From positions 72,264-136,263 of the forward strand of contig MFEL01000018.1 in the NCBI GenBank assembly GCA_001777575.1: DNA of 64,000 nt. The letters run 5' to 3'. Under the pieces are notes generated by a model. That model saw nothing but the letters and a program-made list of their open reading frames with translations. It ran no database searches and had not been told where the DNA came from. This document shows positions 33,916-43,915 of this stretch, piece after piece (within the stretch, counting starts at the first letter, position 1; each line of letters opens with the position of its first letter). Both the position numbers and the translations under genes were made by a program. This DNA comes from Candidatus Doudnabacteria bacterium RIFCSPHIGHO2_01_FULL_46_24. GTDB lineage: Bacteria; Patescibacteriota; Doudnabacteria; UBA920; O2-02-FULL-48-8.

Positions 33916-36175
33916 ATTTCTCCATGTCTTTCCAGTTTGGGCCAAGTTTGGCTTCGACCACGATCGGCACCTTCAATTGATAAACCGATTCCATAATTTG
34001 TTTGAGCTTAAGGATAAGCTCATCAACTTTTTCTGGTTTGATTTCGAACACCAGTTCGTCATGCACAGTCAGCAGCATTCGGCAATCTCGTGATTCGTGA
34101 TTCTTGATTCGTGATTCGATTTTTATCATGGCCATTTTCAAAATATCCGCAGCCAGGGATTGCATGGGCATGTTGACGGCCGCGCGCTCGGCAGCAGCCC
34201 GCAGCCCCCAATTCGGCGAGTGAATGTCGGGGAAAAAACGCACCCGGCCCAGCGGATTTTTGACAAACCCGTCTTTGTGCGCCTGCTCAATGACGCTGTC
34301 AATGTATATTTTAAGCTGCTTAAACACTTCATAATATTTTTTGATATGCTCGCCGGCTTCGGCCCGCGTCATTTCCGACCGCTCGGACAGGCCAAAAGCC
34401 GACACGCCATACAACACGCTGAAGTTGATAGTCTTGGCATCGCGCCGCTGCGCAGGGGTGACTTCTGATTCCTTCACGCCGAAAATACGAGCAGCCGTGG
34501 CCGCGTGAAAATCGCCGCCGTTTTGGAAAATTTTAATCATTTCGGGGTCATTGGCAAGCGACGCGGCAATGCGCAATTCAATTTGGGAATAATCAAGCGA
34601 AGCCAGAACGTATCCTTTGTCTGCCACAAACGCCTGGCGGACTTGGTTGCCCAACTCGGTTTTGATCGGGATATTTTGGAGATTCGGCTCGGATGAAGAC
34701 AGCCGTCCAGTAGCCGCAATAGTTTGGCTGTACTGCGTATGCAGTCGGCCGTCTTTGCCCACTAACTTTGGCAGGGCATCCAGATAGGTGGATTTAAGCT
34801 TAGTCAGTTCGCGGTAGTCAAAAATCGAATCAACAATTGGGTGCAAACCCCGCAATTTTTCCAGCTGCCCAGCCGCGGTGGACAAGGCCTTGGTCTTGCC
34901 GGTTTTACGCAGGCCTTCTACGGGAATTTGCAGCTTGTCAAACAAAATTTCGCGCAACTGGATGGGGGAAGCAATATTAAACTCGCCGCCAGCCAACTTG
35001 TGGATTTTTTGAGTCAACTTACCGATCTCGCTCTCCGCGTCTTTCGAAAGCCGGGCCAAATATGCCGTATCGAGCTTGATGCCTCGCTTCTGCATATTTG
35101 CCAAAACCTGCATCAGCGGCAACTCGATCTCTTGATATATCCCAAAAAGCCCATGTTTTTTCAATCGTTCAATCAGCACGGCCAAATCTTGCGGCTCATA
35201 ACTGCGCTGACCGGGATTCAAAAGATACGCCGTAATTAGAGCTTCTGGTTTCTGCTCTAAAGAGGAGTTCTTTTTAGTGTCAAAGATTCCCTTTGACACT
35301 AATCCTGGTAAGCGATTAATTAAAGCCTTAATCCCCAGTTCATTCAATAATTTTATAACTTTCTGCCTATCATAATCTCCGATTTTTGTTTTCTCAAAAT
35401 CGAAATCGAGATGATTTTTTTGATCAATGTACGCAAGTTTTTTTGACAAATGTGCCTTATCTTTTCCGTCAACAAGTTTTTTCAGAATTCCCGGCTTGAT
35501 TTTTTTGTCTTGTTTTTCTACTGCTTCATATACACCGTCGAGCGAACCGAAGGTTTTGATCAAATCCAACGCGCCTTTTTCGCCAATACCGGGTACACCC
35601 GGAATATTATCCGAAGCGTCCCCGCGGATGGCTTTGTAATCCACCCATTGCGATGGCTTGAGGCCGTAAATTTCCACCATTTTGTCCGCGTCAAAAATTT
35701 GGATATCCGAAAAGCCGATTTTGAACCGGTAAACTTCCGTATGGCTGTCAATCAGCTGCAGCAAATCCAAATCCCCGGTGACAATGATGTTCAAAACATC
35801 TTTCGCCGTTTTGGCAGCAATAATACCCAGCAAATCGTCAGCTTCAAATCCCGCTTTTTCGTAAATGGGAATATCCAGCCCGGCCAAAATCTCTTTGACT
35901 TTCGGCAGCTGCATGGTCAGTTCATCAGGCGGCGCTTTTCTCGTGGCTTTGTAATCCGCGGCCAATTTATCGCGGAACGTCCCCCCGGGCACATCAAAAA
36001 CAACCACGGCATGCGTGGGTTTGATGTCAGCCAGCGCTTTGAAAAACATGGAAAAAAATCCAAAAATCGCCCCGGTGGGGAATCCATCCGAGTTGCTCAT
36101 GGCCGGCAAGGCATGGAAAGCGCGGTGGAACAGCGCATGCCCATCAATCAATAAAAGTTTTTTCTTGAGCTCCAT
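33905..36175 (-). CDS. polA: DNA polymerase I (5'-3' exonuclease + polymerase; 3'-5' exonuclease region largely absent)
   Basis: LIDGH, EADD, GDASDNIPG, TGRLSS, DYSQIELR and VHDELVFE. Confidence 0.96.
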   Translation of the reverse strand: MELKKKLLLIDGHALFHRAFHALPAMSNSDGFPTGAIFGFFSMFFKALADIKPTHAVVVFDVPGGTFRDKLAADYKATRKAPPDELTMQLPKVKEILAGLDIPIYEKAGFEADDLLGIIAAKTAKDVLNIIVTGDLDLLQLIDSHTEVYRFKIGFSDIQIFDADKMVEIYGLKPSQWVDYKAIRGDASDNIPGVPGIGEKGALDLIKTFGSLDGVYEAVEKQDKKIKPGILKKLVDGKDKAHLSKKLAYIDQKNHLDFDFEKTKIGDYDRQKVIKLLNELGIKALINRLPGLVSKGIFDTKKNSSLEQKPEALITAYLLNPGQRSYEPQDLAVLIERLKKHGLFGIYQEIELPLMQVLANMQKRGIKLDTAYLARLSKDAESEIGKLTQKIHKLAGGEFNIASPIQLREILFDKLQIPVEGLRKTGKTKALSTAAGQLEKLRGLHPIVDSIFDYRELTKLKSTYLDALPKLVGKDGRLHTQYSQTIAATGRLSSSEPNLQNIPIKTELGNQVRQAFVADKGYVLASLDYSQIELRIAASLANDPEMIKIFQNGGDFHAATAARIFGVKESEVTPAQRRDAKTINFSVLYGVSAFGLSERSEMTRAEAGEHIKKYYEVFKQLKIYIDSVIEQAHKDGFVKNPLGRVRFFPDIHSPNWGLRAAAERAAVNMPMQSLAADILKMAMIKIESRIKNHESRDCRMLLTVHDELVFEIKPEKVDELILKLKQIMESVYQLKVPIVVEAKLGPNWKDMEKYGA

Positions 36176-36207
36176 AAGGATAGAATAACAAAAAAGCCCT
36201 TTCGGGG

Positions 36208-37779
36208 CTATTCTATCAGTCCGAGCTTGGCCAGGCGCGATCGGATGGCGCCTGTTTTGCGGCCAAAGATTGCCGCTAATTCCTTGACGGGCAGATTTTG
36301 CCCAAACGATTCCCGCAGCTTTTGATCTTGCTCTTCATCCCACGGCCGGTAAGCGTTTGGGTGAGTCTTCCTGGTCTGTTCAAAAGTCCCCTTAACCTCC
36401 TCGCTTGGCTCATTGACTTGCAAAATTTCTCCGCCGCTTCCGCGGATAAAATTTTCGTGCATCTTTTTTAGTTCCTTGGCCTCGAGCCTGCCAAATACCG
36501 CTACCGCTTCGTCCGAAGCCTGGCGAAACTCCTGGTCAGCCTCCAGGATTTCCGGGTGAACCTCAAACGTTCGCTCATTCCAGCCCAAAAGATGCAAACC
36601 AGCCAATGACCGGACTCTTGATAACGCCACGTAACCTTGCCCAAATTCAAACACGGCTCGTAAATCCATGACCGCCGCGTCCAGGCTCATGCCCTGGCTT
36701 TTGTGAACCGTGATGGCCCAGGCCAGGCGCAAGGGCAGCTGCGTGATGGTGGCCAGCACCCGGCCATTATCTTCCACAGTCCAGTCCATGGGCTCAACGT
36801 GGATTTTCTGGCCGGTGTGAGTTTTAACGATTGGATAACCAGATTGACTGTCGAAGCCTGCGACCAGGCCCAGAGTCCCGTTGACAAACCCCTCGCGCGG
36901 ATTATTCTTGGTAAACATAACCGCGGCCTTGGGCTTGAGTATAAGCCGCTCCGGCGACAAACAGGTTCTCTTCAAGACTTCCACTAATTTCGGCCGGCCT
37001 TTTTGGCGCATGGCAAACGTCCGCGGCTGGCCGGGCAGCTGGTTCAATTTTTCCTCGTTGACGCGATCCACGTCGGCATTGTGCGAAAACAGCTTGGGAA
37101 TGTTTTGCGGATGATTGTCAGCCTGGACGATCCGGCCCTCCAGATGCTGCAAATGGCTGCCGTCATTATTGAATTTATTGCCCCGAATCGCGCTCAAAAT
37201 CGTCAAAAAATCCAAATCTTCCTGCCGATACTGCTCGGTCAGATAGCAAACCGCCAGCTTGGCCGCAGGCCAGGCTTGGGACTTGTAAGCAAACCGGTCG
37301 AAAAGCCCTTGCAGCAGTCTGGGTTGCTGCTCATCCGCGCTTTGCACCGGCGGCAGCTGGAAAAAATCGCCGACCAAAATTATTTGCAAGCCCCCAAACG
37401 GCTCCTGATTTCTTTTAATTTCGCGGCAAACCGCATCCACCAGTGACAAGGTTTGAGCCGAGAGCATGGAGACTTCGTCAATGATCAAAACCTTGGCCCG
37501 GTTGACCCGCTCAAAGACATAGCGATTGCCGCTCAGCCGGTCCAGCTCGTAACGGTCCAAAAAAGTTTTGATGCCAATGCCGCTCCAGGAATGAACAGTC
37601 GTGCCGCCAATGTGCGTGGCCGCAATGCCGGTCGAGGCCGTGATGGCCGGCTCAATCTTGCGCTGGCGCAAATAGGAAACATATTGGTTGACGAGGTAGG
37701 TCTTGCCCGAACCCGGCTCGCCGGTCAAAAACACGTTGGCCCCGGTTTTGAGGATATTAAGCGCTTGTGCTTGAGTCAT
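36208..37779 (-). CDS. PIF1/RecD-like SF1B helicase
   Basis: GEPGSGKT, IDEVSM, GDFFQLPP, AITVHKSQG and YVALSR. Confidence 0.9.
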   Translation of the reverse strand: MTQAQALNILKTGANVFLTGEPGSGKTYLVNQYVSYLRQRKIEPAITASTGIAATHIGGTTVHSWSGIGIKTFLDRYELDRLSGNRYVFERVNRAKVLIIDEVSMLSAQTLSLVDAVCREIKRNQEPFGGLQIILVGDFFQLPPVQSADEQQPRLLQGLFDRFAYKSQAWPAAKLAVCYLTEQYRQEDLDFLTILSAIRGNKFNNDGSHLQHLEGRIVQADNHPQNIPKLFSHNADVDRVNEEKLNQLPGQPRTFAMRQKGRPKLVEVLKRTCLSPERLILKPKAAVMFTKNNPREGFVNGTLGLVAGFDSQSGYPIVKTHTGQKIHVEPMDWTVEDNGRVLATITQLPLRLAWAITVHKSQGMSLDAAVMDLRAVFEFGQGYVALSRVRSLAGLHLLGWNERTFEVHPEILEADQEFRQASDEAVAVFGRLEAKELKKMHENFIRGSGGEILQVNEPSEEVKGTFEQTRKTHPNAYRPWDEEQDQKLRESFGQNLPVKELAAIFGRKTGAIRSRLAKLGLIE

Positions 37780-37829
37780 AAAGTATCGATACCGCTACTA
37801 CGTATACGCAAACCACGTGGTTTCCGCAG

Positions 37830-37880
37830 TTATTTCTTGTTGATCAAATTCACGATCAATTTGATGATCGTGTCTTTCTG
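37830..37880 (-). repeat. Duplicated 3' end of the RhuM/Fic gene (direct repeat of 38496-38546)
   Basis: 43/51 nt identical; encodes QKDTIIKLIVNLINKK* versus QKDVIIKLIVNLINKK*. Confidence 0.85.
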
Positions 37881-37886
37881 TTCCCG

Positions 37887-38156
37887 CTAAGATATCGATA
37901 CTTTTAGTTTGCTGTCTAATGCTTTGGCCACTCGCCCAAGAAATTTTAGACTCGGGTTGAAGTTTCCTTGCTCCAAGCGGGAAATGACTGGCTGTTTAGT
38001 ACCAATCCTTTTGGCTAGTTGCTTTTGGGTCAAACCTTTTTGCAAACGCTTGGCAATCAACGTTTCTACCAAAGCAAACTCAACGCCTAATTCATCATAG
38101 GCTCTTTTAACCGCTTTGTCTTGCAGTAATTTAGACTTGAACCGTTTATATTCCAT
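37887..38156 (-). CDS. XRE-family HTH antitoxin (HigA-like)
   Basis: LTQKQLAKRIGTKQPVISRLE; downstream of a RelE-like gene. Confidence 0.85.
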   Translation of the reverse strand: MEYKRFKSKLLQDKAVKRAYDELGVEFALVETLIAKRLQKGLTQKQLAKRIGTKQPVISRLEQGNFNPSLKFLGRVAKALDSKLKVSIS

Positions 38157-38170
38157 ATTACCAATATAAC

Positions 38171-38488
38171 TTATAAGTTATAACTTGTCAAGGCCTTAAG
38201 TTTACTCTTGGCTCTGTCTAATTCTTTCCGGGGCGTTTGTTGAGATTTCTTAACGAACCCTGAAAGCAGATAAATTTTACCTTGACAAAAGCAATAAAAT
38301 ATTCTCACTTCCTGTCGGCCTCGAGTTCTTAGCTCAAATAAATTCCCGGTAATTTTTTTGCTATGCGGCATTGGCAGGCGGTAACTAAATCTTTCCAGTA
38401 AATCAACGGTTCGCAAAACTTTGGCAATCGTCTGCTTCTCTAGCGAGAAAATAAATTCTTCTATTTCTGAGTTAGTAATTATATCCAT
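38171..38488 (-). CDS. RelE/HigB (Gp49-like) toxin
   Basis: LPMPHSKKI..LFELR..RIFY..LLSGFVKKSQQTP. Confidence 0.85.
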   Translation of the reverse strand: MDIITNSEIEEFIFSLEKQTIAKVLRTVDLLERFSYRLPMPHSKKITGNLFELRTRGRQEVRIFYCFCQGKIYLLSGFVKKSQQTPRKELDRAKSKLKALTSYNL

Positions 38489-38495
38489 AAAAGGA

Positions 38496-39488
38496 TTATT
38501 TTTTATTGATCAGATTCACGATCAGCTTGATGATTACGTCTTTCTGCGAAGGATCAGACTCCGCCGTCAGCAGCGTCACGGCGGTCAGTGCCGCATCATT
38601 GATCTTGCGCTCGCCGCGCCGGTTGTAAAAAATGTCGTTCTGGATCAGATACTGCAAAAACAGCAAGGATCCGACGCGCTTATTGCCGTCCACGAACGGG
38701 TGCCCCTTGACCACAAAATACAACAAGTGCGCCGCCCGCTCCTCCAAACTTGGGTAAAGCGGCTTGCTGTTAAAAGATTGGTCAATGCTGCCGACGATGG
38801 AAGCCAGCTTGTGGCTGACTTCCACGCCGAACAGATCGCTGGCCTGTTTCGCGTTTTGCAGACGCTGCCGGAAGCGCTTGATGCTTTTGAGCACTTCTTC
38901 ATAGTTAAGCACTCTACCCGGTTTTTCGCTGACATTACTGATCGCCAGTTTCTGCTCATCATACAAATTCAAAACAAACCAGGTGTTGGCGTAGTCGGAA
39001 ATGATTTTCAAAAGTTCGCGTTCGTAGCCCTCGGCCCGATACGATTCCAGCGCCTGCTGGATGAGTTTATGCGCGGTTTCCAGTTCCTTGAGTTTCGCCA
39101 CGTGAGCTTCGGGAAGGCGCTTAGCGTTGACGACAAACCCCTTGATCAGATAGTCGCGCATTTTCTGCGTCGCCCAGATACGAAACTGGGTTGCCCGTTT
39201 GGAATTGACCCTGTATCCCACGGATAAAATAAAATCAAGATTATAAAATTTTACCGGTTTATCAGAATTTGCAATGTGCAAATTTTGCACATTGCTTTTT
39301 TCTGCCAATTCCCCTGATTTTATTATGTTTCTAAGGTGCTTGGCAACAGAACTCCGATCAGTCTGAAAAAGCTCAGAAATGCCAGCTTGGGTCAGCCAGA
39401 CAGTTTCATCATAAAGACTAACCCGCAGTTCCGGGCCGGTTTCGGCCTTATAAATGACAATTTCGCCCTTGTGTTCTTGCTTGTCCAT
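38496..39488 (-). CDS. RhuM/Fic-Doc family protein
   Basis: N-terminal RhuM (YNLDFILSVGYRVNS..FRIWAT) and Fic motif HPFVDGNKR. Confidence 0.92.
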   Translation of the reverse strand: MDKQEHKGEIVIYKAETGPELRVSLYDETVWLTQAGISELFQTDRSSVAKHLRNIIKSGELAEKSNVQNLHIANSDKPVKFYNLDFILSVGYRVNSKRATQFRIWATQKMRDYLIKGFVVNAKRLPEAHVAKLKELETAHKLIQQALESYRAEGYERELLKIISDYANTWFVLNLYDEQKLAISNVSEKPGRVLNYEEVLKSIKRFRQRLQNAKQASDLFGVEVSHKLASIVGSIDQSFNSKPLYPSLEERAAHLLYFVVKGHPFVDGNKRVGSLLFLQYLIQNDIFYNRRGERKINDAALTAVTLLTAESDPSQKDVIIKLIVNLINKK

Positions 39489-39557
39489 ACTTGTCCATAA
39501 TAGAAAAACGGCCTTCGAAACGTCTGACGTTTCTTCCGCCGCCTTTATTATTATACT

Positions 39558-41198
39558 CTATTCCTCGGTCACGCGGAAGACTTCCTCCACATCAGTAATT
39601 CCGGCAAGCACTTTCAAGATGCCGTCTTGGGCCATGGTCAGCATGCCGGAGGCTAGAGCCTGCCGCTTGATTTCCGTATTCGACGCGCCTTGGTTGATCA
39701 GCTTCTCGATTGATTCGTTGACTACAAAAATTTCATAAACCCCGACCCGCCCCTTATAGCCCAATCCTTTGCATTTGCCGCATCCCGGGCTGTGATAAAA
39801 TTTCAAATTTTTCGGCACGTCAACTTTGGCATTCTTGGGAACGGCGGCCAAAATTGTTTCCACGTGCTGAATAAGTCGCGGAGCCGGTTGATACTCAACC
39901 TTGCAGGCTGAGCAGATCTTGCGCACCAATCGCTGTCCGATGATGGCATTGATGGCCGGGGAAAGCGTAAACGGTTTGACGCCCAAATCCAAAAGCCTCG
40001 GAATGGCCCCGGCCGCATCGTTGGTGTGAAGGGTCGACAACACAATATGCCCGGTCAGCGCCGCCTGGCAGCCGATTTCAGCCGTTTCCAAATCGCGCAT
40101 TTCTCCGACCATGACAACATCCGGGTCCTGCCGCAACACCGCGCGCAAGCCTGAGGCAAACGTCATGCCAGCTTGCGCATCAATTGGGGTCTGGGTAATA
40201 CCGGCAATTTTGTATTCCACCGGATCCTCCAGGGTGATGATCTTCACCCCCGGCTCATTGAGTTTGTTCAAAATGGCATAGAGCGTGGTGGTCTTGCCGC
40301 TGCCGGTCGGGCCAGTGGTCAAAATCATGCCATTAGGCTTCTCCATTTCTTTCAGTAGCTGATCATAAGCCAGCCCTTTGATGCCCAATTCTTCAAACTG
40401 AAGCGCGCCCTTGTCCTGCCGCAAAATTCTCATTACCACTGATTCACCGAACGCCGACGGCAGCACGGAAACGCGGACATCCACCTGCTGGCCATCATAT
40501 GTGAGGCTAAATGAGCCGTCCTGGGGCGTGGTCGTGACATTGAGCTTGAGCTTCGACAAAACTTTGATGCGGGAAACCAGCTGGTGCTGGAGCTCGCGGG
40601 ACAGCACCGTGACATCCTGCAGCACCCCGTCGATGCGGAAGCGGACATGCATGTCTTTGGCTGTTGGCTCCACGTGAATGTCCGAGGCGTCCAAATGCAA
40701 CGCGTTGCCCAAAAGCATTTCTATCACTTCCGTGGGCGAAGCATTGGTCAGTTTCTCCCCCATGTCCTTGAGCGTTGCCCCGCTTTGTTGGAAAGATTTG
40801 CTTATTAGGAGAATCTCCTGTGATTTTCTTTTGCCGGACACCAACCGGTCATACATGCTGAGCGCTTTGTTAAAACTGCTTTGAGAAATGATGAACAGCT
40901 CGACATAATAGCTCTGCTCTTTGAGCTGGCCCAAGAACTTGTTAATCTCATCGCTTGGTTCAAGCGCCCCGAGCTTGATATTCCGCCCTTCTTTGTAGAA
41001 TGTAGCGACCTTCAAACGCTCGGCTTCTTCCTTGGGCACGATTGCCAAGGCTGCATGATCAACCGGGAAGCCGTAAAGGTTGATATAAGGCAAACCAAAA
41101 GACTCGGCAGTGCGCTGGGCCTGCTCTTCCTCGTATTTGCGGTCAAGTTCCGAATAGATTTGTTTCAGCCGGATGGCCTTGTCATCGGCGCTAAGCAT
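39558..41198 (-). CDS. GspE/PilB family type IV pilus assembly ATPase
   Basis: ASDIHVEP, GPTGSGKTTT, LRQDPD, TGHIVLSTLHTN and CxxC pairs. Confidence 0.93.
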   Translation of the reverse strand: MLSADDKAIRLKQIYSELDRKYEEEQAQRTAESFGLPYINLYGFPVDHAALAIVPKEEAERLKVATFYKEGRNIKLGALEPSDEINKFLGQLKEQSYYVELFIISQSSFNKALSMYDRLVSGKRKSQEILLISKSFQQSGATLKDMGEKLTNASPTEVIEMLLGNALHLDASDIHVEPTAKDMHVRFRIDGVLQDVTVLSRELQHQLVSRIKVLSKLKLNVTTTPQDGSFSLTYDGQQVDVRVSVLPSAFGESVVMRILRQDKGALQFEELGIKGLAYDQLLKEMEKPNGMILTTGPTGSGKTTTLYAILNKLNEPGVKIITLEDPVEYKIAGITQTPIDAQAGMTFASGLRAVLRQDPDVVMVGEMRDLETAEIGCQAALTGHIVLSTLHTNDAAGAIPRLLDLGVKPFTLSPAINAIIGQRLVRKICSACKVEYQPAPRLIQHVETILAAVPKNAKVDVPKNLKFYHSPGCGKCKGLGYKGRVGVYEIFVVNESIEKLINQGASNTEIKRQALASGMLTMAQDGILKVLAGITDVEEVFRVTEE

Positions 41199-41219
41199 GC
41201 CATAAGTATAACAAATTTG

Positions 41220-42344
41220 TCAGCTGATTGCTTCGCGCAGCTTGCTCAGCACCAAGCTTTCGGTTTGGTTCAAGTTTTGGAACGATTCAAACCTGATGGC
41301 CGAGCCCTGAATCTGGGGCTTATATTCCAAAAAGGCCTGCGGCAGATTGACCGGTGAAATTGTCTGGCCGAAAATTTCGACCTTGTCCCCCCGTTCCACC
41401 ATAAAAAAGAAAGTCTTGGCAAAAGACAGCTGCAATGTCATTTCCTTGATAACCATGCCCACGTCTTCGGCCGTGGCTTCGGCCTTGTCAACATCAGAGG
41501 CGACAATCATTGAATAGACCAAAGACAGCTGGGGGTCTTGTTTGAGGCGGGCCAACACCCGGCCCCACAACTTCAGGAATCCCATAGACTTGCTTTTGTA
41601 AAGCCGGCTCATGATCTGCGGCTGGTCCGCGCCGAGGCTGATCAAATTCGAAGCTTTCAAAAAAGCCGCCGGAGTCGTGCGGACATGCTGGAAACTGTTG
41701 GTCTCGGCAATAATGCCGGTCAATAGCGCCGTGGCGATGGATTGGTCGAGAAGCGAACTTTCAAACACGGAGATGAGATCAAGCATAATCTCGGAGTTGG
41801 AAGTGGCAGACAGGTCAATTAAATTGTACGAGCCATAGCTTTCATTTTGGGCGCTGCGGTCAATGTTGATGATCGGGGTTTCAAAAAACAAATCCGAATT
41901 CTGGATATAGAACTCGCCTAAATTTTCGAGGCTGAACACACCGATGCTGACGATTAAGTCAAACGGAAAATTGGAGCTGCGGAAACTGACGTCCTTATCG
42001 CTAAACTGCCCCTTTTTCGGTTTGACATAAATCGACAGCCGTTCCGGTTCCTTTTTGTAGCTCAACTCATCAATCTCCGACGCTTTGGTGGACAAATCAA
42101 TGACAAAACTTTTGGCGATGCTGAGGTGGTCTTTGACCTCCTCAAACCCGGTCAAAAAATCGAATTTGGCGTTGGGGGGACCGGGACTGATTAAGACTAC
42201 CTCTTTTTCCAGTTTGCGCAGGAAAGTCCGCAAAGCCAAAGCCGCCGACAGATCATCACCCGAGGCCTGCGGCGGGGTCAAAATCAAAATACTGTTGGCT
42301 TTATTCAGTTTATCCGCGATGGGATTGAGTTCTTCTGCCTGCAT
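41220..42344 (-). CDS. DHH-superfamily phosphoesterase-like protein (degenerate motifs)
   Basis: GDDLSAALAL, IINID and LLTGIIAETNSF. Start at MQAEEL. Confidence 0.7.
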   Translation of the reverse strand: MQAEELNPIADKLNKANSILILTPPQASGDDLSAALALRTFLRKLEKEVVLISPGPPNAKFDFLTGFEEVKDHLSIAKSFVIDLSTKASEIDELSYKKEPERLSIYVKPKKGQFSDKDVSFRSSNFPFDLIVSIGVFSLENLGEFYIQNSDLFFETPIINIDRSAQNESYGSYNLIDLSATSNSEIMLDLISVFESSLLDQSIATALLTGIIAETNSFQHVRTTPAAFLKASNLISLGADQPQIMSRLYKSKSMGFLKLWGRVLARLKQDPQLSLVYSMIVASDVDKAEATAEDVGMVIKEMTLQLSFAKTFFFMVERGDKVEIFGQTISPVNLPQAFLEYKPQIQGSAIRFESFQNLNQTESLVLSKLREAIS

Positions 42345-42411
42345 AAATTCATTAAGAAATCTTAATAATATACAGTGTTGGCAAGCCAATGTCAAACTGT
42401 TAAAATAAGCT

Positions 42412-42837
42412 ATGGTCCAAAGCTTTGAAAATCTCACGCTGAAGCAGGTGAAAAAACTGGCAGCGGACTTAAGTACGCAGCTTAATAACAGCAGAGCCAA
42501 GATCGGGCTGGTCGGAAGCTTAGGCAGCGGCAAGACAACTTTTGCCAAACAATTTGCCCACCGCTTAGGCCGGATCAGACTGAAAAGCCCGACGTTTACC
42601 GTAATTGACACGCATAAATTCGGAAAAAAAATTCTGCACCACATCGACTTATACCGCCTCCGCCATTATTCAGAGCTGCGGGCCATCGGATTTGAAGAAC
42701 TGCTTCAACCAAACACCGTGATTTTGATCGAGTGGGCGGATAAATTTAGGCAAGTAGCAAAACAGTGCGGCTTGCTGATTGAATTTAAGTTTACCCCACA
42801 ACACAATAGACGCGATGTCAAAATTACTTTTAAGTAG
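42412..42837 (+). CDS. tsaE: tRNA threonylcarbamoyladenosine biosynthesis ATPase
   Basis: GSLGSGKTT, SPTF, HIDLYRL and IEWA. Confidence 0.93.
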   Translation: MVQSFENLTLKQVKKLAADLSTQLNNSRAKIGLVGSLGSGKTTFAKQFAHRLGRIRLKSPTFTVIDTHKFGKKILHHIDLYRLRHYSELRAIGFEELLQPNTVILIEWADKFRQVAKQCGLLIEFKFTPQHNRRDVKITFK

Positions 42838-43909
42838 CATAATATTCGCCAGTCTTTTGCTGACGGCCCACAAAGCCGCAGCGGGGACAAATGACGCCGT
42901 CAGTATGCGCAACTGGGGGGCTGTTCAAACAGCCAAATTGGTTTTGCTAAACCAAGCCCCGCCAGCGCCACCCCTGCTTGACCCTGAGGAATTGAGTCAA
43001 ATTGAGGCGGTGGTGGCAGAAACCAATCAAAAAAGTGCCTCAGCCAAACTGGTCATCGAAAACGGACGCGCGGTGGAATTTGAGCGGGGCCAAAACGGCC
43101 AAAGCGTAGACGTATACGCGCTTTCTCAGCTGCTTATAAAACAAGCAGGTCTCGCCTTCGTCCCCATGTTCGTTTCCCAGCCAGCAGTTAACCTTGCCGA
43201 CACCAACAGCCTGGGCATTGCGGAACTCGTGGCCGTGGGCGAATCGGATTTTTCCGGCTCGCCCAAAAATCGGATTCACAACATCAAGGTCGGCAGCGCT
43301 AAATACAACGGCATTATCATCCAGCCAAGTCAAGAATTTTCTTTTAATAAATTCCTGGGCGACGTGGATGCGGAAAACGGCTTTTTGCCCGAGCTGGTGA
43401 TTAAGCGCACGGGTGTCGTGCCGGAATTCGGCGGTGGGCTCTGCCAGGTTTCCTCCACCGCGTTCCGGGCCGCCATGAATGCCGGCCTGCCGATTGTGGA
43501 ACGGCGGAACCATTCCTTTGCCGTTAAGTACTATGCCCCGCAAGGCACGGACGCCACTATTTATCCGGGTTCCACCGACCTGCGCTTCACCAATAATCTC
43601 TCCTCCCACCTTCTGATTTGGACACGAATCGAAGGCTATAAATTATACTATGATTTTTACGGAACCAAAGACGACCGGCTGGTTGAATTTGACGGCCCGA
43701 CCCAGTATGATAAAAAGGCGGACGGCTCCATGAAGGCGATCTGGACGAGGCACGTCAGCTTAAACGGCCAACAGAGCGAGCAAATCTTCAAAAGCACTTA
43801 TCTGCCGCCGGCCCTGTTCCATCCGGAAGAGCAGGCCACTACCCCAAACCCGCAAACGCCGCCGGAGCCTGCCGAAACTACACAACCCACACCAAACGAA
43901 CAGCCATGA
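42815..43909 (+). CDS. VanW family protein
   Basis: RIHNI, FSFN, GGGLCQVSST, RRNHS and DATIY. Confidence 0.9.
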   Translation: MSKLLLSSIIFASLLLTAHKAAAGTNDAVSMRNWGAVQTAKLVLLNQAPPAPPLLDPEELSQIEAVVAETNQKSASAKLVIENGRAVEFERGQNGQSVDVYALSQLLIKQAGLAFVPMFVSQPAVNLADTNSLGIAELVAVGESDFSGSPKNRIHNIKVGSAKYNGIIIQPSQEFSFNKFLGDVDAENGFLPELVIKRTGVVPEFGGGLCQVSSTAFRAAMNAGLPIVERRNHSFAVKYYAPQGTDATIYPGSTDLRFTNNLSSHLLIWTRIEGYKLYYDFYGTKDDRLVEFDGPTQYDKKADGSMKAIWTRHVSLNGQQSEQIFKSTYLPPALFHPEEQATTPNPQTPPEPAETTQPTPNEQP

Positions 43910-43915
43910 CATTAA

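Noticed and set aside
33905-36175. Short PolA (also short TsaB and ValS) as pseudogenes
   Set aside because: Reading frames and catalytic motifs are intact; compact forms are expected in reduced genomes.
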